A stretch of 64,000 nt of DNA from Octopus bimaculoides. Lineage: Eukaryota. The position numbers and the translations under genes were made by a program. Below are positions 35,791-48,871 of this stretch, in pieces (the stretch's first letter is position 1; every line of letters starts with the position of its first letter). Under the pieces are notes generated by a model. It saw only the letters and a list, made by a program, of their open reading frames with translations. It had not been told where the DNA came from and ran no database searches. The stretch covers positions 38,658,372 through 38,722,371 of the forward strand of contig NC_068982.1 in assembly GCF_001194135.2 (NCBI RefSeq). The letters are read 5' to 3'.

Positions 35791-37569
35791 TTAAGATTAG
35801 GCGACTGGCATTTGGAATGTTGTTAGGCGTTCATTGCTCTCAACTTGTCGGACGGTTGGTTGAGGTTCTACGGTAGTAATATATACAGTGGCGACTCATG
35901 TATAGGAACTACGTAACTACATCACCCACTATTTCCACTCGATATTATCGACAACATTCAATACAAAGAGTCCTTTTTTCTTTAATTCTTTCTTTCTACT
36001 TGTACATTATATAATCCTTAAGCTTAATGTTAGTAACCATCCCCTAGTTTATAGAAAAAAATACATAAGTCCTTGTATAGAACTGCGCGCTTCACAGTTC
36101 CATATGTCCGAGATAGAAAGATTCACACAAGGTAGAGAGAGCACTGCGTGAAAGACAGTGCCAGTTGAAAAGTAGGGCTTCTTTTCGACTAGGCATGTGT
36201 TGTGCTTAAAAACGTGTTTATATTCTTGAATGTGATAAAAAGTAGAGTTAGATTATTATCCTGCTGCCAGGATTTGAAAAATAAGGCACATTTCCCCCAC
36301 CTTATTTTGTGATTTGGTGGGGATTTTTGAAAAACAAGGGGGAATTCGCGGGCAGTATTCAGTGACCAAATTAAACACACTACCCGGCAGTGGCTAAAAC
36401 GCAAACCGATAAAGGTTAAGAATGAATTTTCTTTTTATATGTAAGTGTCCTTTTACACAATATTAAAATTTTCTGAAGCTGCAACCCAACTAATTTTATC
36501 AACGATCCACCACTGAATATATAGAAATCTAGTGGTGGGTAAGAACGATGATGTTCTCGGGGTAACTCTTGGAGTCAACGACGATGAATTAACTGATCTG
36601 TTTCAGAAGACTTTCGGGTCTGGTACTGCTATGGATAACTTACAGAAATCCATGGCTTGGCAGTGCTACCGAGGAACACAGTCAGTTCGTGATAAACTCT
36701 ATAGGCATGGAAGCGCCTTTAAGTTCTGAGTAAAAATTCTGCCGATTTGAGTTCAAATTTTGTCGATTTTGTCTTTCATCCTTTCAGGGTCGATAAAAGT
36801 CATGTACTGGGGTCGATATGATCGACTTGTCTCCTCGCACAAAATTTCAGGTCTTGTGCCTTCAGTAAAAAGGATCATTATGATGTTTTGTTTTTTTTAG
36901 AAACACAAACTCGTTATTTCGTCGTTTCCATTTCGGCTTTTCATTTTACTTTCATTTCACTTCTGTGAATGTGGTAAAGAGCTTTTTCTTTTCTTGTTAC
37001 ATTAAGTTAAAATATCTCAGAGTTTGAATACAAGTTTCAAAAGTCGTACAAGAGACCCCCCCCCCNNNNNNNNNNNNNNNNNNNNNNNNNNNNNNNNNNN
37101 NNNNNNNNNNNNNNNNNNNNNNNNNNNNNNNNNNNNNNNNNNNNNNNNNNNNNNNNNNNNNNNNNNNNNNNNNNNNNNNNNNGTAGAAATTAAAATTAAA
37201 ATATTAAATCAAATTGGAAATGAAATAGGGTTAGACAAAACTACAAAACAGTTTCATGGCCAAGACTGGTGGAAGCGGCGACTAAAATGTTAGTCTTTCC
37301 TGCCGTGTGGGGGTTCTATTCCATCTCAATCACAGATTTTTAAATTAATTTTTTAAAACTAAACTGTTTGAAATTTCGAATTCTGGTAGAATTTTTCACG
37401 TAGAACATGACGCTCCGCTCAGAGTTTACAACAGCGTGTACTTTTATGTTATGTACTATTATCTGGGCTTATCTGGGCACCTCTTTCGACTTACCAATCC
37501 AGATGACTGCATAACCCGCACTGACCTTCCCTAACTAACTCTTCTCTTCAAATTTTGCTTCACTCAGTG

Positions 37570-37600
37570 CAGCTATGCTGATGATGTATCTGCTCAGTGT
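37570..37600 (+). pseudogene. Possible RT catalytic-motif relic (YADDV)
   Basis: AGCTATGCTGATGATGTATCT = SYADDVS. Flanks are too degenerate to confirm. Confidence 0.3.
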
Positions 37601-38676
37601 TCTGGCTATTACAACAGTTCTGCACAATCTGGTCTGTTTTCACTATTCAGCGGTGTACTGACATTCCCTGGACCGAATTCTAATTTTTTTTTCTCTTTTT
37701 CTTTTTTTTTTTTTTTTTTTTTTTTATTTGTGTCTAGATTCATAGATTTCCTTGTTTTTTCGACCGTATCATTGGATTACCAACCAGGAAAGGTGGCTTG
37801 GCAAGTTAAGCTGAAGCAAGCTTTATTCAGATTTCACTTTCAATTCTCTGCACCCGGCTTGGGGAGAGCAGTTCTGCAGCTAACGAGATCTGATCTGTCA
37901 ACTTAGGAGAATACGAAATCCACATCTGCTTCGGACCAGTGGAAAATGACCATCAGCCTATGGCCACTTGTGTGCAAGGGCAAAGCTGAAAACTTCCCTC
38001 TTCATATCCGACGCTTCCTCTGTCTCTCTATCGTCACTAAGACTTATGACGATAGTGTGATGCCGTTGGTTTTCGTTTGCTGAATAATTTATACGATGTG
38101 TGTTATTATAGTGGGCATGGTTTGTGCAGAGCCAGCCTCACTCTCTCCTCTTTCAAACTTGTATTGATCTGATGCAACAAGTGCCACACGCCCAGTAGTT
38201 ATCTGGACTTGTATGGAGTTATCTTCTCTTAGATGATCAGCTAAAGAGTTGAAGGCCTTCATCTGCCTTGAATCCGTTAGGTTGTCTATAAGTGACTTCT
38301 TCCAGAGACAATTCCATACCATGCTAATTAACATATAGCTGGCAAGTGCTACAACTTCGGGTTAGAGTAGACCCGGGGATAATAGTGACTAAGTGGTGGT
38401 TCCATACCCCACAAAATCCTATAACTACTACGGACCCACTACCTGATGCAGTTTAAAGTCGCATCCAGGACGCCCCCACTGACAGACACACGCACGACAT
38501 TTATAAGGAAAAGGTTGACAGTTGACAGCGTGCAAGCCGAAACTTCAAAGTCACTCAGCTTTTACCCTGCAAATGTTAATAAACATGTACTTTTCGAAAA
38601 AGTGATGCATAATCCTTCAGTTTAATGTTAAATTGCTTTTATATACATGACTAAAAAAAAAATAAAAGAAGCAAAG

Positions 38677-38712
<36 letters not shown>

Positions 38713-39479
38713 TCAAAGGACAATGTACTGAATTAACTAACTGTTGATACGTTCCTTTTATCTACTTTTAAAACTCTTGAAAACATTTAAAGTTGTTTTA
38801 CTTATTGTTCATTTCTGAGACTGTCATCAGGTGGACCTGATCAAAAGCTATCTTACCGTGACTAAGATGTCTTTTCCAGACACGGTACAGCAAAGATTAT
38901 TTCATCTATTAAACATCTTTTTAAAGACATTACTGTGTGTTCTAGGGAAGGGAGATTTAGTTGCTCTTTCTCGAGTTTCCCTAATTCGCTCCAGTTTTTT
39001 TCACTATAGAATTTTACAAAAATGTATCCAGAGTCATTTCCCTTGTTGAAGTCAAAGAGTTATTCCCCTTTATACCCTTGTACGTTATTTCGATTTACTT
39101 GAGAGAGTATCTTTTAGCCTTTCTTCCCGTAACTCTCTGAAAAATATTAAACTGTTTAAATATTATAATCGCATATACTGTTATAAATATAAATATATTA
39201 ACGTATACGTTACACTTTCCAAAGATTTTTGTAATAACAATTATACAATGATTTATGTCACAAACACACCTATGAACAAAAACATACACGCGCGCAGGTA
39301 CTCACTTCTTTGTTGTCGTCGTATTCATCATCATCATCATCATCGGTTGTAGTGGTGGTAATGATCTAATGGGTTGGTACATGAATATAGGTTACATAAG
39401 TCACCTTTAATCTTTTATTATTATATTTGCGAGCATGAAATCTTTTTACTCCAGTTTATTTATTTCGTAGCTTTCCTCT

Positions 39480-39758
39480 TTCTGTTTATAGTTTTCTATT
39501 AATGGTTCTTTTTAATCTGGCATATCTTAGCATATATTTGTTAATAAAAGGATAAAGACACCTTTCGGTCACAAATAAACTTGGGATTGCACCTAGAAAG
39601 TTCCTCTCTCCAGCAGCCATAAAAGACAAATGAATACTAGTGGAAAGCTCCAATTTACAATGTGACATATAGAAACATGTACAATTATACTTTTAGAAGT
39701 TCTGATTCCTGCAATAACTGGAAGTGGGTCAGGGGAAATCTTTAATGAACAGCCTTCA
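39480..39758 (-). mobile_element. Mariner 5'-end fragment
   Basis: TA-TGAAGGCTGTTCATTAAAG terminus (TACGAGGGCTGTTC-type mariner TIR) next to (TA)n, followed by degenerate transposase start. Confidence 0.45.
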
Positions 39759-40881
39759 TATATGTATAAATATATATATATATATGTATGTATGTATATG
39801 TATATATATATATAAACAGAAACACATACACACATGTAAGCATAGATACTCACACATACACACACACACACATACATTCTTTTATTCTTTTACTTGTTTC
39901 CGTCATTTGACTGTGGCCATGCTGGAGCACTGCCTTTAGTCAAACAAATCGACCCCAGGACTTATTCTTTGTAAGCCTAGTACATATTCTATCAGTCACT
40001 TTTACCGGACCTCTAAGTTATGGGGACGCAGACACACCAACATCGATTGTCAAGTGATGGTGGATGGGGAGACAAACACAGACACACAAACATCATCATC
40101 ATCGTTTAACGTACATTTTCCATGCCGGCATGGGTTGGACGGTTTGACTGAGGTCTGGAGAGCATGTGACTGCACTAGGCTCCAATCTGATCTGGCAATG
40201 TTTCTACAGCTGGATGCCCTTCCTAACACTAACCACTCCGAGAGTGTAGTGAGTACTTTTTACGTGCCACCGGCACAGGAGCCAGTCAAGCAGGTCTGGC
40301 ATTGAACACATTTAGATAGTGCTTTTTACATGCCACCAGCATGGGAGCCAGTCAGGGGACACTGGAATCAACCATGTTCGCATGATACATTTTAAGTGCC
40401 ACTGGAACAGGAGCCAGTCAGGGGGCACTGGCTACTGTCATATGATAGCTCTCTCACATTCAGCCTAATTGTCTTGATTTACTTTCATTAATGAATAGTG
40501 AGACATCTGTACATCATTGGATTTATGTGACAAAAGATGGTACAACACTTCTGCTGCTCTCTCGGTTCCCATGGTAGGTTCCAGCAACAAGCATTGCAAG
40601 ATGACCGGTACTATTTTCACAGCAAATTTTATGTCAATGTATCTTTCTCTGAGAAGAGCTACCTTCCCCTATGGCTTTGTCAAAAATAACGAGAGCCTCC
40701 TCTACCTCTATGAAATCTATTTAACCTGTAGATGGGACCTGGTCAGAACAGACCTGGGAGTAATGGTAATTAAGGGATGGTGCCACACTTACTACAACTC
40801 TAGAACTGGAGCCTCACCATTGGATGCAGTTTAATGCTATAATCAGATACACACACACGAAAACGCACGTGCTCGTGCGCG

Positions 40882-40968
<87 letters not shown>

Positions 40969-41479
40969 CATAAAAATGAGATATGAAGTCTACAAGATGC
41001 ATTGCAGGCTACAGGTCTTAGAGGTCAGCAGCTCTGAGACAGCCTTTTCAGAGCCAGTATCACGATAAAGATAAAATCCAGCCAGCTCTCAATAAAAGAA
41101 AAGCCAAGCAATGAAATTGGACAGTTTTCTCTGTTGCTATGTGTACAAGAAGGTGCAGACTGTAATGAATGATGACTTGCTCAACTAGGGGAAATGGACT
41201 AAAGATGTTGATGACATGCTGTAATTACAATAACCAATGCAAATTCAAAATTACCTAACAAATTATGTAGTTTCTTCCTTTATGATCATTTGCAAAGTTA
41301 AAATTTAATATATTTGGCTACATATCAAATAACAAATACTGGTAAAAATGAATGCATCCTTGTGTCTGCATTTCTATACACTAACAGGGCTTGAATTGAT
41401 GTTTACTGCACAAGTCAGATTTTACATTATTTACATTATTTACAATTGATGGATATTTGTCTTCATCTTGTTTGTTGTT

Positions 41480-41522
41480 AACACATTTCAGCTGATATAT
41501 CCTCCAGCTTTCATCAGGTGTC
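41480..41522 (-). ncRNA. Decayed minimal type-I hammerhead ribozyme (left copy)
   Basis: Minus: GACAC-CTGATGA-A-AGCTG-GAGGATATAT-CAGCT-GAAA-T-GTGTT. Catalytic boxes, stem II and stem I (GACAC/GTGTT) are intact; the GTT cleavage triplet is deleted. Confidence 0.7.
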
Positions 41523-42098
41523 TTGGCGAAATTTTGAACCTGGGTTTTCATTCCTAAGGTATTTTTCGATGTTGTTGTTATTATTATTATTATTATGATT
41601 ATTATTCAGGTCACTGCCTGGTAATAATAATCATCATCATCATCATCATCGTTTAACGTCTGCTTTCCATGCTAGCATGGGTTGGACGATTTGACTGAGG
41701 ACTGGCAAGCCAGAAGGCTGCACCAGGCTCCAATCTGACTCAGCAGAGTTTCTACAGCTTGATGCCCTTCCTAACGCCAACCACTCCGAGAGTGTAGTGG
41801 GTGCTTTTATGTGCCACCGGCACGAGGGCCACGGAATGAGGGCCAGTCACACAGTACTGGCAACGGCCACACTCAAAAGGTGTTTTTTTATGTGTCACCT
41901 GCATGGGAGCCAGTCCAGCGGCAATGGCAACAACCTCGCTCGAATGATTTTATAACGTGCCACCAGCACAAGTGCTAGAAGGCAATGCTAGTAACGATTA
42001 CACTCTAATGGTGCTATTTACGGGTCAATAATAACAATAATAATAACAATATCGAAAAATACCTTCGGAATGAGAATCCAGGTTCGAAATTTCCCCAA

Positions 42099-42144
42099 GA
42101 CACTTGATGAAGGCTGGAGGGTATATCAGCCAAAATGTTGTGTT
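42099..42144 (+). ncRNA. Decayed minimal type-I hammerhead ribozyme (right copy)
   Basis: GACAC-TTGATGA-A-GGCTG-GAGGGTATAT-CAGCC-AAAA-T-GTT-GTGTT. Stems I and II and the GTT triplet are intact; C3>T and G12>A in the core (the latter a CpG-type transition). Confidence 0.7.
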
Positions 42145-42299
42145 AACAACAAACAAGATGAGGACAAATATCTGTCAATTGTAAATAATGTACATAATTC
42201 CTCATCTCTTAAATATAGAACTGTGAGTCAGATTTTATTTGAGGTTACCACCAACTCTATTAGGTGCATCATGGATCAACACATCCATACATGACATTT

Positions 42300-42665
42300 C
42301 TAACAGTTTCTATGGCTGAATGAAGGATAGCAGGATCCCTAAGCAAATCCTATATGGGGGAACTTGTGAATGGAAAGGGATCTCAGCAGAAACCAAGGCT
42401 GTGATTTAAGGATTGTATCAAATCCACATTAAAGGCCTGTGATATGCAGGACACTGACTGGGAGAGCAATGCCTGTCATCGCTACAGATGGAGGAAGCAG
42501 GTTAAGGAGGTGGGGGTCAAGACTTTTGAGAGCACGTATTCTGCCATAAAGAACTTAAGCGTGCTTCTCGAAAGTGCACTGTTGGTGTAGTAAATGGAGA
42601 AAGCTTGGTATGCAGTCATATATGCTTGTCAAGAACAGGGCTCATTAGGCACCAACAGGACTAAG
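42300..42665 (+). pseudogene. Degenerate RTE (BovB-like) RT C-terminus with zinc-finger tail
   Basis: ..MKDSRIPKQILYGELVNGK..KPRL*FKDCIKSTLKACDMQDTDWESNACHRYRWRKQV..FE...C.H.CLSRTGLIRHQ is the RTE-BovB signature. Confidence 0.78.
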
Positions 42666-42734
42666 TTAGTCCTAGAGCGCACAATGTTCCAGAAGGACAG
42701 CAATGGTCTTCCTCGGTCATGAGTGGACAGCCAT

Positions 42735-42990
<256 letters not shown>

Positions 42991-43519
42991 TGTCTATGTT
43001 TGTACCTCCACCATCACCTGACTATGGATGTTGCTGTGTAACTTAGCCGTTTGGGAAAACACTCTGATAGAATAAGTACAAGGCTTACAAAGAATAATCC
43101 TGGGGTCGATATTTTCTGCTAAAGGTGGTGCTCCAGCATGTCCACAGTCACATGAGTGAAACAAGTAAAACAATAAAAAAAACTATACCATTTTAATCCC
43201 AAGCGATGCTAGGTATCTCTGCTAGTATATATATATAAAATGTGTTGTGAGTGAAAGTATTACAGAAAATCATACTTCAACATATTGGAAAATAGCTTCA
43301 CTGCACATTCCAGCTTGGCACAAAGTCAAGAGTTACAGATGAAATCCCTATCTGAGATAAGCAATGTGGCAGATCAATTAATGCAAGTATTGATAAAAAT
43401 TCTTAAGAAATGATGATAATAATAATACTTTAGGCTTGATATAAGTTATATACATAAATTCTTGGTTCAATTCCATAACGAAAGTTTGAATATTATTCAA
43501 ATCTGAATGTTGTTCAAAG

Positions 43520-44195
43520 TTTGATTATTCAATTTTTGGCACAAGGCTAGCAATTTTGGGGCAAGTGGGATTATTAATTACATTGACCCAGTACTTGACT
43601 GGTACTTTTTAATTTATTGACCCTGAAAGGAGGAAAGGCAAATCTAACTTTAGTGAGATTTGAACTGAAGATTTGAGTCATAGGAAATGCTGCAAAGCAT
43701 TTTGTCCAATGCATTAATGATTCTTCTAGCTCACCACCTTACAATTTCAAATGATATTGGTTTCAAGTTTTGGCACAAGGCCAGTAATTTTGTGGAAGAG
43801 GGTAAGTTGATTACATCGACATCAGTGCTCAACTGGTACTTATTTTATTGACTCTGAAAGGATGAAAGTCGACTTTGGTGGAGTTTGAACTTAGAACAAA
43901 AAGAAATGCTGCTAAGCATTTTGCTCAGTGTGCTACCAATTCTGCAAGGTCATTGCCTTAAAGAAATTTCAAATAAAAATGGTTTCAAATTTTGGCACAA
44001 GGCCAGCAATTTTGGGGGAGGGTTAAGTTGACTATATTGACCTCAATACTCAACTGGTACTTATTTTATCGACCCTGAAAGGATAAAAGACAAAATGGAG
44101 CACAGCAGAATTTGAATTCAGAGCATAAAGGTGGACAAAATACTTCTGAGTAATTTTGCCCAGCATGCAAACGATTCTGTCAGCTCACTGCCTTA
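43520..44195 (-). mobile_element. Head-to-tail array of three SINE family B copies
   Basis: Three repeats of TTTTGGCACAAGGC.AG.AATTTTG..TTGA.TACAT.GAC..CAGT.CT.AACTGGTACTT.ATTT.AT.GAC.CTGAAAGGA, separated by short AT-rich spacers. Confidence 0.8.
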
Positions 44196-44599
44196 AAAAT
44201 TTTTTGAATAATGTTGAGTATGCTTACCCCACCATCATCACCATCATTGGTTTAAAGAACTTTTTCAACTAGCAAGAATAGGACATGTTTCAAGATACTA
44301 GTTGGTCTTGATCCTGTGTCATCAAATTTATAGCTCCAAAAATACTTGAGTCAGACATAACCTTTTCTTCAAAACTCTTTCTCTTTTTCTCTCTCTCTTT
44401 TTGCAATGACCAGCTTCCCCTATTAACTCTTTGACTTTTAACATTCAGCATGTATTATCCATTCACAGAACATGCTCATTACTTACATAATTGTGTCTCT
44501 GGCATACATCTACTAATGCATTTGATATTTAGCTGGCCTGTCAACTTTTGTTATTCCAGACTGAAGGATACAACAATACTTTGAACACACCCCACTAAA

Positions 44600-45310
44600 C
44601 ACTGCTTGACCGAGCTGACTAGTTTGCAAAATGCAGTCAGGGACATGAAGACAATGTTAAACTGGGAAAAACTTATGAAATGCTCCAAATCACTTATGGA
44701 TCAACTTATATGAGCTGAGCATCTGTTTTCTGTTGTTACAAAAGGTTCAAAGATGGTAGAGAGATGATGAGAGCTGTGGGAGGGAAAGGAATGTCAGAAA
44801 ATCAGCTCTGGTTGAGAAAATTCGCAATTTTCTAGATGAAGACTGTTGTATGTCTATAAAGACAATAAACATGCAATTTGAAGTTAGTGTGGCAACTGTA
44901 TACAGAATGATTCATAAAAATCTGAACATGTGTAAAATTTGTGCAAAGCTTGTCCCCAGGGTGGTCGACGATAAGCATTTTGGTAGCCAACTGCTTGACA
45001 GAGAAGGGCATCAAAACTGTCCCTCATCCTCCCTACAGTTTAGACATTGCTCCCTGTGACATTCGGTTGCTCCTCAAGCTGAAGGAGAACCTCAGAGGCA
45101 GTTGCTATGAAGATGAGGGGGACTGTGACAAGGGTCTTGGACACCTTCACTCTGGAGGATTTCTATGGAACTTTCACGAAGTGGCTCTGGCAGTACAATG
45201 TGCATTGAAGCCAGAGGTTCCTACTTTGAAGGAGATTAGAGTTTTGTACTTCTTTGAAACTAATAAATATCTCTCCTGCAAAAGTTTGAAAACTTCTGGA
45301 ATGCACCTTG
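44600..45310 (+). mobile_element. Mariner transposon with internal deletion (HTH fused to C-terminal catalytic part)
   Basis: ..TYEMLQITYG..KRFKDGRE..EKIRNFLDEDCCMSIKTI..VSVATVYRMIHKNLNMCKICAKLVPRV // LTEKGIKTVPHPPYSLDIAPCD..LKLKENLRG (WVP and YSPDLAP-like motifs); right TIR ..TTCTGGAATGCACCTTG-TA. Confidence 0.85.
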
Positions 45311-46034
45311 TATATATTTTATGAACTTTGAAACTTTTATAAACATATTTAATTCTGAATACACAGCAAAGAGTTCTTTTCTGTTCCTTTGTACCTCAGA
45401 AAGGAAATATTAGATAAGGTTTATGAAGTGATATGGTTAGCGCATGGATAAGGGGGATAAAAATTAGTGATAGGATAAAGACTAGTTAGATGGGAATGTA
45501 ATAAATTTAAAGAATTACTAATCTTACAGAAAAGAAGGTTGTTGACTGATTGTGAGGGAGAGAGCTGGGTTATATGTATGTAGGTAATTTGATGCAATTG
45601 AATAGGAACACGATGAATGCTCATTTCTAACTTAGAGGAAAAATGAAGTGTAAATAAACTGGGGAAGTATAGAAATCAGAGGAACATTCAGCCAAGAGAG
45701 ATGTCTGTTCTGGTTTAGGTATGTGATGTAAATGTTGCAAAGTGAATGATGCCATGAATTGGCTATAGAATTCTGTAAGAGCAAGCAAGTACATTATCAT
45801 CATCATCATCATTGTACCACTATTACTGCTGCCACCACCAACACCACCAGATGCCACTAACAGGAATATGATCATGACCATGACTACCATGAAGAGGATG
45901 ACAACAATGACCACCACCAGAGAGGCAGGGAGACAGCGTACTTGTGAGTTGGAGGCTGGATTGTGACTGTTGCTGAATCCATACCGATAGTTGAGTGGCT
46001 TTCTCTGACGCAGTATTGCTGGCTGTGTGTGAGC

Positions 46035-46066
<32 letters not shown>

Positions 46067-47099
46067 AGCAGCACTGTACCAGATATGGGAGCAGTACTGC
46101 ATTGCAAGCTTCACCTGAACTGTGTACAGTGTCAGTAATTGTTGAGAGATGAAATATTTTCTGACTTAGAAGAAAAGGGTCAGTCATTTAGACTCCCAGT
46201 GATAGAGAAGCCTTACATTTGGGGGTAATTTCAAGGGCTCTAGCTGTGTGCTACTCGTATCTAATAGGGGGGGGGGGAAACAAGTGTCAACCCTGGTGGC
46301 ATTTGAACTCAGAATGTAGAGACAGATGAAATGCCACTATGCATTTTGCCCAGTGTGCTAACGATTCTGCTAGCTTGCCACCTAATAATAATGATACTAC
46401 TACTACTACTAATAATAATAATAATCATCATCATCATCATCATCCTTTTTAGTGAAGGCACAGGCCTGAAATTTTTGTCTAGTCAGTTACATTGAGCTGG
46501 TGCTCAACTGGTACTTATTTCATTGAACTTGAGAGGATGACAGACAAAGTTGACCTCGGGGGAATTTGAACTCAGATGCAGAATGTAAAGATGGACGAAA
46601 TGCTGCTAAGCATTTTGTCCAGCATGCTAACAATTCTTAACAACAGCAACAAACAACAACAGCCTTAACAACAACAACAACAGCAACAACAATAATTTCT
46701 TTAATTATTACAATGGTGTGGGATGAGGGGACATTATATGGAATGGTTACTACACATATATGATAGGGTATTCAAAGAGGACTCCCACTCAGTTCCAATC
46801 AGGAAATCCCCCATGTTTAATATTGTCCAAACTACTAAGGGTAAGTGCCTACCTCCTAGCAGTCATTTTCCCAGTCTAGAGGTGCATGCTCAAATTAGGC
46901 CCATTCATTAGGGTCATTCGCTATGAGAGAACTACCATTGGGTCCTCCGACTGTATGAAATAGCAGCAAAATCTCCCTCAAATCATACACTTCCCACCAT
47001 CTTAATTAAAAAAAAAAAGGAAAATGCCGTTTAAAATATACTTCTGAAAAGATGAGGTGACCACGGCTGGAATGTCTTTAATCAGAGGTCTACCCTAGG

Positions 47100-48871
47100 C
47101 TAAATAGCAACAATCTTTCGACGAATTTACTGGAGTGCAGCACTTCCCTCTCCGTCCTAACCTTTCTCTCCAAGTCGATCAAAGATTGACGAAGAGACAG
47201 CATTCCAAATTTTTCCTTTAGTCGCGTCTGCTAGAGACCATTGCTGTATAAGCTACTAGACAGAAAAAATGCCCATCCTTCACACGCAGAAGGCAGCGAA
47301 CGATCTTCGATGTGAACTCGGCTGATAAGCCCGATCCATCTTACATGCAACAGCAGCCTATTCGACTAAACAAGTGCGTGCAGAACGGTTTCGTCGCTCC
47401 GCGTATATCTCAACCGGGCCCAGCTGACAACACTTGTCTGTATAGTTTAACATCGTAATCGCAATATCCCGCCACCTCAGGTTAGGCTGAAAGTCCTTTG
47501 GAATGCACAAAAGCTTTAAGTTTGAGGAACTAATTCGTTTTAAATACACACGCACATATATGTTCTTTTTTCGCCTTGGACCATACCCGATTTAGTAGAT
47601 ATATGATTAAAAACTTGCCAGCCATGATCAACCCGCCCTTTTTGTTATTGTTATTATTATTTTCTAAGCACTAAGTACCCCAATCTACCTTATCGAATGT
47701 ATTACTTTTCAAAGGCGGAGAGGCTTTGTTAGAAGAAGATTTAACTGATATTTCTCGCATGCAAGTTAACCACTAGAAATTTATAAAAGTTTTATAAAGT
47801 GATCTATATATTTTTTTAATGATCTATATTGTTTTGAAGATACTTTCAATATCTTATATTTCAAAATTCTAATACAAAACAATTCAAAAACGTTTTAAAT
47901 TGAGGTAATTTGTATATCTCAAATATCAAACAATTTCACCTTAGATACTATATATCATATAGGTAGATTTAGAAGGGGTGTGGAACAAAATACTTTTGCA
48001 GTAGGTAGCTATGCACTGAGTTCAATTCCCAAGGTGATAGATTAATTATACTAAGATTTCAATTCAAATGACTACAATCTCTCTTGAAATTTTTGGTCAT
48101 ATGCTAAATAAAATAAAATCAATATTAATTTTAATTAATGACATACAATGTTGAAAACTTGTTTAAATCCTCGTGATGGATAATTCCCACCACCTGCTAT
48201 CTAGAGTAGAAATAAATGAAGAAAATCGTTGAAAATTATTCTCGAAAAAGCCCCAACAATGGAAGAGTTCATTGAATGAACAAAAGGTAAGCTTGCATAC
48301 GAGGTTGAATTAGATTTTTTTTTATGTGCAAATAAAATAAAATTAAGAGAAGGGGAAAAAAGGATATTTGATAATTTCCCTAATTTTAAACTGAAAGATT
48401 CAGAGTGCATCTATCAAACATGTTACATTAAAAAAATTTCCACCTAAGAAGACTAGTTCGCCTCTCAGGTTATTAAAGGAGGGGTAGGTTGTATTATTAA
48501 ATAAAACCGTGCCTGTGCATATATACACGTAAGCTAACACACATACACAACGTACACACATGCACGCACACTCAATAATACACCCCCAAACTACTATAGT
48601 CATCGCTTCTCATACTAAATACGCTACATGGTCACTCACGTTCAGAGCTGAATGGTAGTGGATGACAAACTTCTAATGCAGTCTTTGGCTGCTTGGCATT
48701 ATCATTAAAGCTGAAGTCAAACTCGCAACCTGCATTCTGTCGCGTTTGTTGATTTTGAATCGGAAAAACCAACCTGTTGTGATTTAGTTTAGTTCGGAAA
48801 TTCTTACGGACGAAATCGTAATTGAATTTATTCCACCTCTTATTGTTATTACTGAAGCAACAGAGAAAAGG
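47100..48871. promoter_or_regulatory. CpG-retaining unique region upstream of the secreted-protein ATG: likely promoter and 5' UTR
   Basis: Unique sequence with visibly frequent CpG compared with flanking DNA, directly 5' of the ATG at 48872. The TSS cannot be placed. Confidence 0.45.

Larger units (their letters stand above)
41424..42225. mobile_element. Head-to-head pair of ~190-bp hammerhead-bearing repeats (Penelope pLTR / retrozyme-like), with an RTE 3' fragment inserted in the (TAA)n spacer
   Basis: 41424-41600 is the reverse complement of 42030-42190. AGTCAGATTTT direct repeat at 41413-23 and 42226-36 (TSD). RTE tail at 41630-42025. Confidence 0.75.

Noticed and set aside
36532-36729. 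65-aa ORF and a possible box C/D snoRNA (GATGATG...CTGA)
   Set aside because: GTG start, runs into a SINE, imperfect box C and no terminal stem.
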